Part shown: positions 60,201-64,000 of the stretch, in pieces
How positions within the stretch are numbered: the stretch's first letter is position 1
How the letters are laid out: each line of letters begins with the position of its first letter
Assembly (NCBI GenBank): GCA_002633005.1
Contig: NMRA01000225.1
Coordinates: forward strand, 423,218-487,217
Length of the DNA stretch: 64,000 bases
Direction of reading: 5' to 3'
Source of the DNA: Phoronis australis
Taxonomy: Eukaryota > Animalia > Phoronida
Translations under genes and position numbers: made by a program
Notes under the pieces: model-generated
Databases searched by the model: none
The model's input: the letters and a program-made list of their open reading frames with translations, nothing else
What the model was told of the DNA's origin: nothing

Positions 60201-62956
60201 GAGCAACCATCATACAAAAATAAAATTCAAAGTGAGCCTAAGATGCTTCAGATTAATAATTATCTAGATTTAAGAAACCTGTTTTGTGAAACATTCTCGA
60301 GGCAAGTGTAATCCAATCACGTCGAAGTTAAATCTCACCTCCTAAAGCATAATTGTAAATCAGGTTATGCTGGCACAAGTTAACTGTGATAGCAGCTGAC
60401 AAAAGTCCCACAATGCATTGCATAAATGTGTTTAGTGCTGCAGATAAAATCCCCCAATTTATTTGACTTGACTGCACACGTCACAACTATTATTAAAATC
60501 TTTTGGTCTATTTACACCGACCTCTAGTCTGTCTGTCAAAAGATTTTAGTAATAGTTGTAATACGCCACCACCTCAGAGCGGTTTTAGGAAGTCATGCAC
60601 ACGTCAGTTAGATGTAGTGGTAAGTCACACGCACTCGTTTTGATCTCAGTACACTGTGACCACTTGCACAATAACAGTTGCCAACTTCTAAGAATTGATT
60701 ACATTTCATGATTATTTGTTCAGCCACTAAGAAGCAGAAAGGAACGTCCAGTGCTTGGAACTGAAAGGAAAGGAGCCCAGACAGTAGCCTTCCAGTTCAA
60801 GGTAATGGTAAAAAAATTTGAATTCCTTATCAAATGCTGTTGACGTGTAGGTTTTCAATCTCAAAAATCCCATCCATCTGAACCAATTGAAAATTGAGCT
60901 GAATTCACTGGTTGATATTGTCCCCTTGTGTTGTCTGTGCTTGGAAAGCTCAACAAAAATTTGATCGTGTTATTAGGCTTTCCATTCTTTCTGGGAAGGT
61001 CACTGAACGAGATAGGCCTTGAAGCTGTAAGGATGAATTCTTCCCATAAAGAGACATGACTACAAGCTGTCCATGAGTGAGTTATCCCCCATGAGCGAGT
61101 TATCCCCCATGAGGTTATTCAAGAAAACACCATCAGCCAGTCCCAAGTGGACATCACCAGATGCCTTTGATTCATCTCTTTGTTTTCTTCCCAGAACTCT
61201 CTGGCTGACCTCATGTCTAAGATGACCTCTTCTTGCCCACACTTCATTCGTTGCATCAAACCCAATCAGGAGAAGGCACCTTTCACCTACCGACCCGAGT
61301 ATGTGCTGACACAGTTGAAGTACACCGGTGTCATGGAAACCACACGCATACGACAGATGGGTTATGCCATGAGAATCACATTTCAAGACTTCCTCTCAAG
61401 GTCATTATTCTTAAATAATCACTAATCTCATCCTACTGCCTTATGCATTGTGAAGATTTTATTATATTCCAGAAGAGGACTAATGTTTTTGAGTTTTCCT
61501 CTATCATTCTGTCAGTTTCCATTCTTAACAGCCATTCACCGTACTGGTTGTGATGCGTGGGCGCTCTTCTTGCCAGCAATTAGACTTTTAAGCCTTAAAA
61601 GGCTCTGATACTTACAGCTGCAGGCATCAATTGTGGAAAATGTCTGTGCAAATAAATTCTTAGCTTGCACTTTTTGTGGAACTATTCTCACATGCCCATA
61701 TTGTCAAAGGTCGTATGCAAGGTTGTTGTTGAGACGATCATAAGTACGTTGTTGTGATGCGGCATTGTATTTCCAACTGACAAAAACTTGATGATTGTGC
61801 ATGTTAACAAAGTCGTGTAACAACCACCTTGAACTGTGAACTATTAAAACCCAAAGTTACAGCCATCATTACTGAGATGGGTGATAAAATGGGTGCTTGT
61901 TTTGTGGAAATTAAATTCTTTGATCTTTTAAGCCAGAACTTTTGGAACTCTTCTGAATACTGCAACCTTTGATAACTTTAACTGCTTCTATTTCCACTAG
62001 GTACCACACAATCAGAGTATGTAGTCTTCCATCTGTGTCTATGGTATCGGATTTACAGAGCTGCAAACAGGCTTTACATTATTGCCAACTTACGGACTAC
62101 AAGGTAGGCTTTGAAAGTATGATTGACCTTGTTTGAATCAAGATTGTTAGCACACATCGGAAATCTGGATAAGGCCAAAAATGAATCGTGAAGGGCAGTA
62201 GCTTCCAGAGGCAATTACGCAATCATGTGACTGTAAAATTAATTCCAGGTTTTCAGCAAAATTTATGTCTCACGTCTTCCTTTGAACGAATATCGCGTTT
62301 GTTTCCCCACTCAATTTGAACACTGCGCCTATGTTGACAAGTTTGGCACGGAATTAAATATTATTATTATTGTTAGATCTACAGGTTGCTTTGTTCCTAT
62401 CGTGGATGTCTAGCCACGTCTCCTAGACCGTTGCTCTGTTATCTGTTCTGTAGATTGGTAAGACCAAGCTGTTCTTCCGCTACTGGCACGTTGAGAAAAT
62501 GGATGAAGTGTGTAGCAGACTAGAGAAGGATGTCATCATTTCTCAGAAGGGTGAGCCACTTGTCCAGTTTATTCTGTGCTAAGATCAAATGCAGACCCTA
62601 CTGGATTGGCTGTTGTGATGCAGTTGTATCTAGGCAAGTCATATAGTACAATATGGGTCTGGTTGTCTAAATTTGGTTTGTTTAAAGTTTTCATGATTGT
62701 AAATTGTGCACTCATCAAAAGGAAAACACTCTGCATCTCTTGGTTGTCTTCTTTGAATTTCAGTGGTGAGGGGTTTTCTTCAACGGCGTAAATACAGGCG
62801 TGAGATAGAGGTTAGAAGACGGCAGGAAATGTTTGTGTGCAACTTTCTGAAGAGTGTCGAGACAAGTTTTAGACTCGTCTTCTCCGGCATTTCTCAACAG
62901 AATGAGCATGATGTGACGCGGCAGGCCGAGAAAGTGAAGGCAGCGACAGATGCTGA
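42289..62956 (+). CDS. MYO16: Unconventional myosin-XVI-like (N-terminal ankyrin repeats, myosin motor, IQ motif); 3' end beyond the window
   Basis: 27 phase-consistent exons: 42289-42441, 43441-43510, 43889-43959, 44146-44289, 44990-45098, 46458-46582, 46884-47009, 47311-47528, 48065-48218, 48788-48898, 49177-49242, 50011-50232, 51307-51421, 52265-52412, 53338-53446, 54157-54274, 54645-54852, 55893-55965, 56980-57129, 58178-58271, 58840-58992, 59819-59979, 60724-60801, 61195-61400, 62001-62103, 62454-62550, 62764-62956 (about 1190 aa). N-terminus [19 protein letters not shown], ankyrin WTPLH repeats, P-loop GESGAGKT, switch I NDNSSRFG, switch [18 protein letters not shown]-like [12 protein letters not shown]. 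Confidence 0.93.
47102..47290. other. Assembly gap (N run) inside a myosin intron
   Basis: Continuous Ns; flanking exons join in phase 0 so no exon is obviously missing. Confidence 1.
51868..52294 (+). repeat. Degenerate tandem copies of the 52265 intron/exon junction
   Basis: Units at about 51868, 51970, 52041, 52103, 52185 resemble tttag|ccaagatctctgagtatctactagagaag. Confidence 0.65.
52517..52949. repeat. Minisatellite, about 4.2 x 104 bp
   Basis: cacaggtatgtgttt recurs at 52596, 52700, 52804, 52905; units nearly identical. Confidence 0.95.
54028..54180 (+). repeat. 40-bp period tandem copies of the 54157 intron/exon junction
   Basis: Units start at 54028, 54068, 54108 and 54148 (the real junction): ctcttgca(a/g)gat.ttgaacacatg. 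Confidence 0.88.
59374..59728. mobile_element. MITE-like element with about 22-bp inverted ends
   Basis: aaaattctccagtttgggacag vs ctgtcccgaactggagaatttt; internal cagtgtcccaaa repeats. Confidence 0.55.
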
Positions 62957-63155
62957 GTGAGTAAAAAGCATAATGCGTTTATTAGTGTCCTGTGAAGATC
63001 ATGGCTGTTGTTGTCTGTTGATTGAGTAAGAGGCATGATATGGTTATTAGTGTCGAGTGAAAAACATTGCTGTTGTTGAGCTAGAGGCATCGTATGGTTA
63101 TTAATGTCCAGCGTAAAATGTTGCTGTTGACTCTGTTGCATGCCTGAGCTTAGAG
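62955..63155 (+). repeat. Degenerate tandem repeat (about 3 x 55-65 bp) starting at the 62956 splice donor
   Basis: tgagt..a.(a/g)gcat...(t/g)ttatta(g/a)tgtc...gt.aa.a...t.gctgttg repeated three times plus a partial fourth. Confidence 0.7.
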
Positions 63156-63609
63156 GGACCCACATAATGTGGGTGCATTATACTGCTATCGGTGTCTGTC
63201 CAACGTCCAAGGTACGCTGCCGTATCTCCAAAAATCTAATGGATGGGGTGACATGAGTGGCAAATAGGTACTATCTATTTGTGAGATGACGCCATGTAGT
63301 GGCCATTTTTTCCATTTCCAAGTCTGTTTATTGAAATCTCTCTCTCTCTGGGCCAAACCTCTCTAAAGATTAATATCAAAATTGGCATATTATGTGTTCC
63401 TACTGTGAACAACTTGGCTACTATAACATTCTCTAGTGGCAATTTTTGCGTCTCTGTGACTATCCTCTAAACCTTCTGCAGGAACTTTGTATTTCTGTGA
63501 AAGTGACAGTAGATGACAAGGAGTTTCGAATGGATCAGACTGCTACCTTGTTCCATAGTGGCAATTTAATTTTTTCCGTTTTCCTCTATCTTTGGGGTTC
63601 CTTATTGGA

Positions 63610-64000
63610 TTTTTATGCGCCCACATATTTATATGTGGACGCCTTATGCCGTCATCTCTGTCCGTCCGTCCGTCTGTCAGTCCGGGCGGCGTCCGGTGTC
63701 CGGCGTCTGGCGTCCGGCGTCCGCTGCTCTATCTCCAAAACCCTTTGACATACGTTCATGAAATTTAGCACATATGTTCCATTCATGAATGGGACGGCAT
63801 GTGCGAACTTTCGGACGGATCCGACTACCGGTGTGCCCCCTAGTGGCAATTTTAGTTTTTTACGCTTACCTTTGTATCTTCAAAAGTCCTGAACGGATTT
63901 TCATGAAATTTGGTATGTAGGCACCTAGTAGTGAGATGACGCTATCCTGCCGTTTTCGGATGGATTCGACATAGTTTGCGCCACCTAGTGGCCATTTTTA
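63610..64000 (+). mobile_element. HINE-like element, 5' part (truncated by window), near-identical to the 18652 copy; a decayed relative precedes it at about 63155-63600
   Basis: tttttatgcgcccacatatttatatgtggacgc, GTCC repeats, and about 280 bp almost identical to 18808-19080. Confidence 0.85.

Overview
Intron-rich animal (invertebrate-type) genomic DNA, AT-rich, with two assembly gaps (19317-20087, 47102-47290). Four protein-coding genes, all on the + strand, were assembled by hand from GT-AG junctions with consistent reading phases: (1) the 3' part of a Shroom-family gene with a complete ASD2 domain (<1-9592); (2,3) two tandem, diverged TMEM272-like four-TM genes (16746-28574 and ~32953-38159); (4) the first 27 coding exons of an ankyrin-repeat myosin, MYO16-like (42289->62956), which runs off the window. 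Intergenic and intronic DNA carries non-autonomous elements: a TTAA-flanked Kolobok-type element with a THAP remnant, Helentron-associated (HINE/DINE-like) elements, several MITE/foldbacks and tRNA-derived SINE pieces. The most unusual signal is a set of decayed tandem 'echo' copies of real intron/exon junctions next to several myosin exons, in which the acceptor AG is usually destroyed. Also notable: candidate alternative first exons in Shroom and both TMEM272-like genes, a divergent ROCK-binding patch in Shroom, and a MYO16 with fully canonical motor motifs. No database searches could be run; family calls come from motif recognition.
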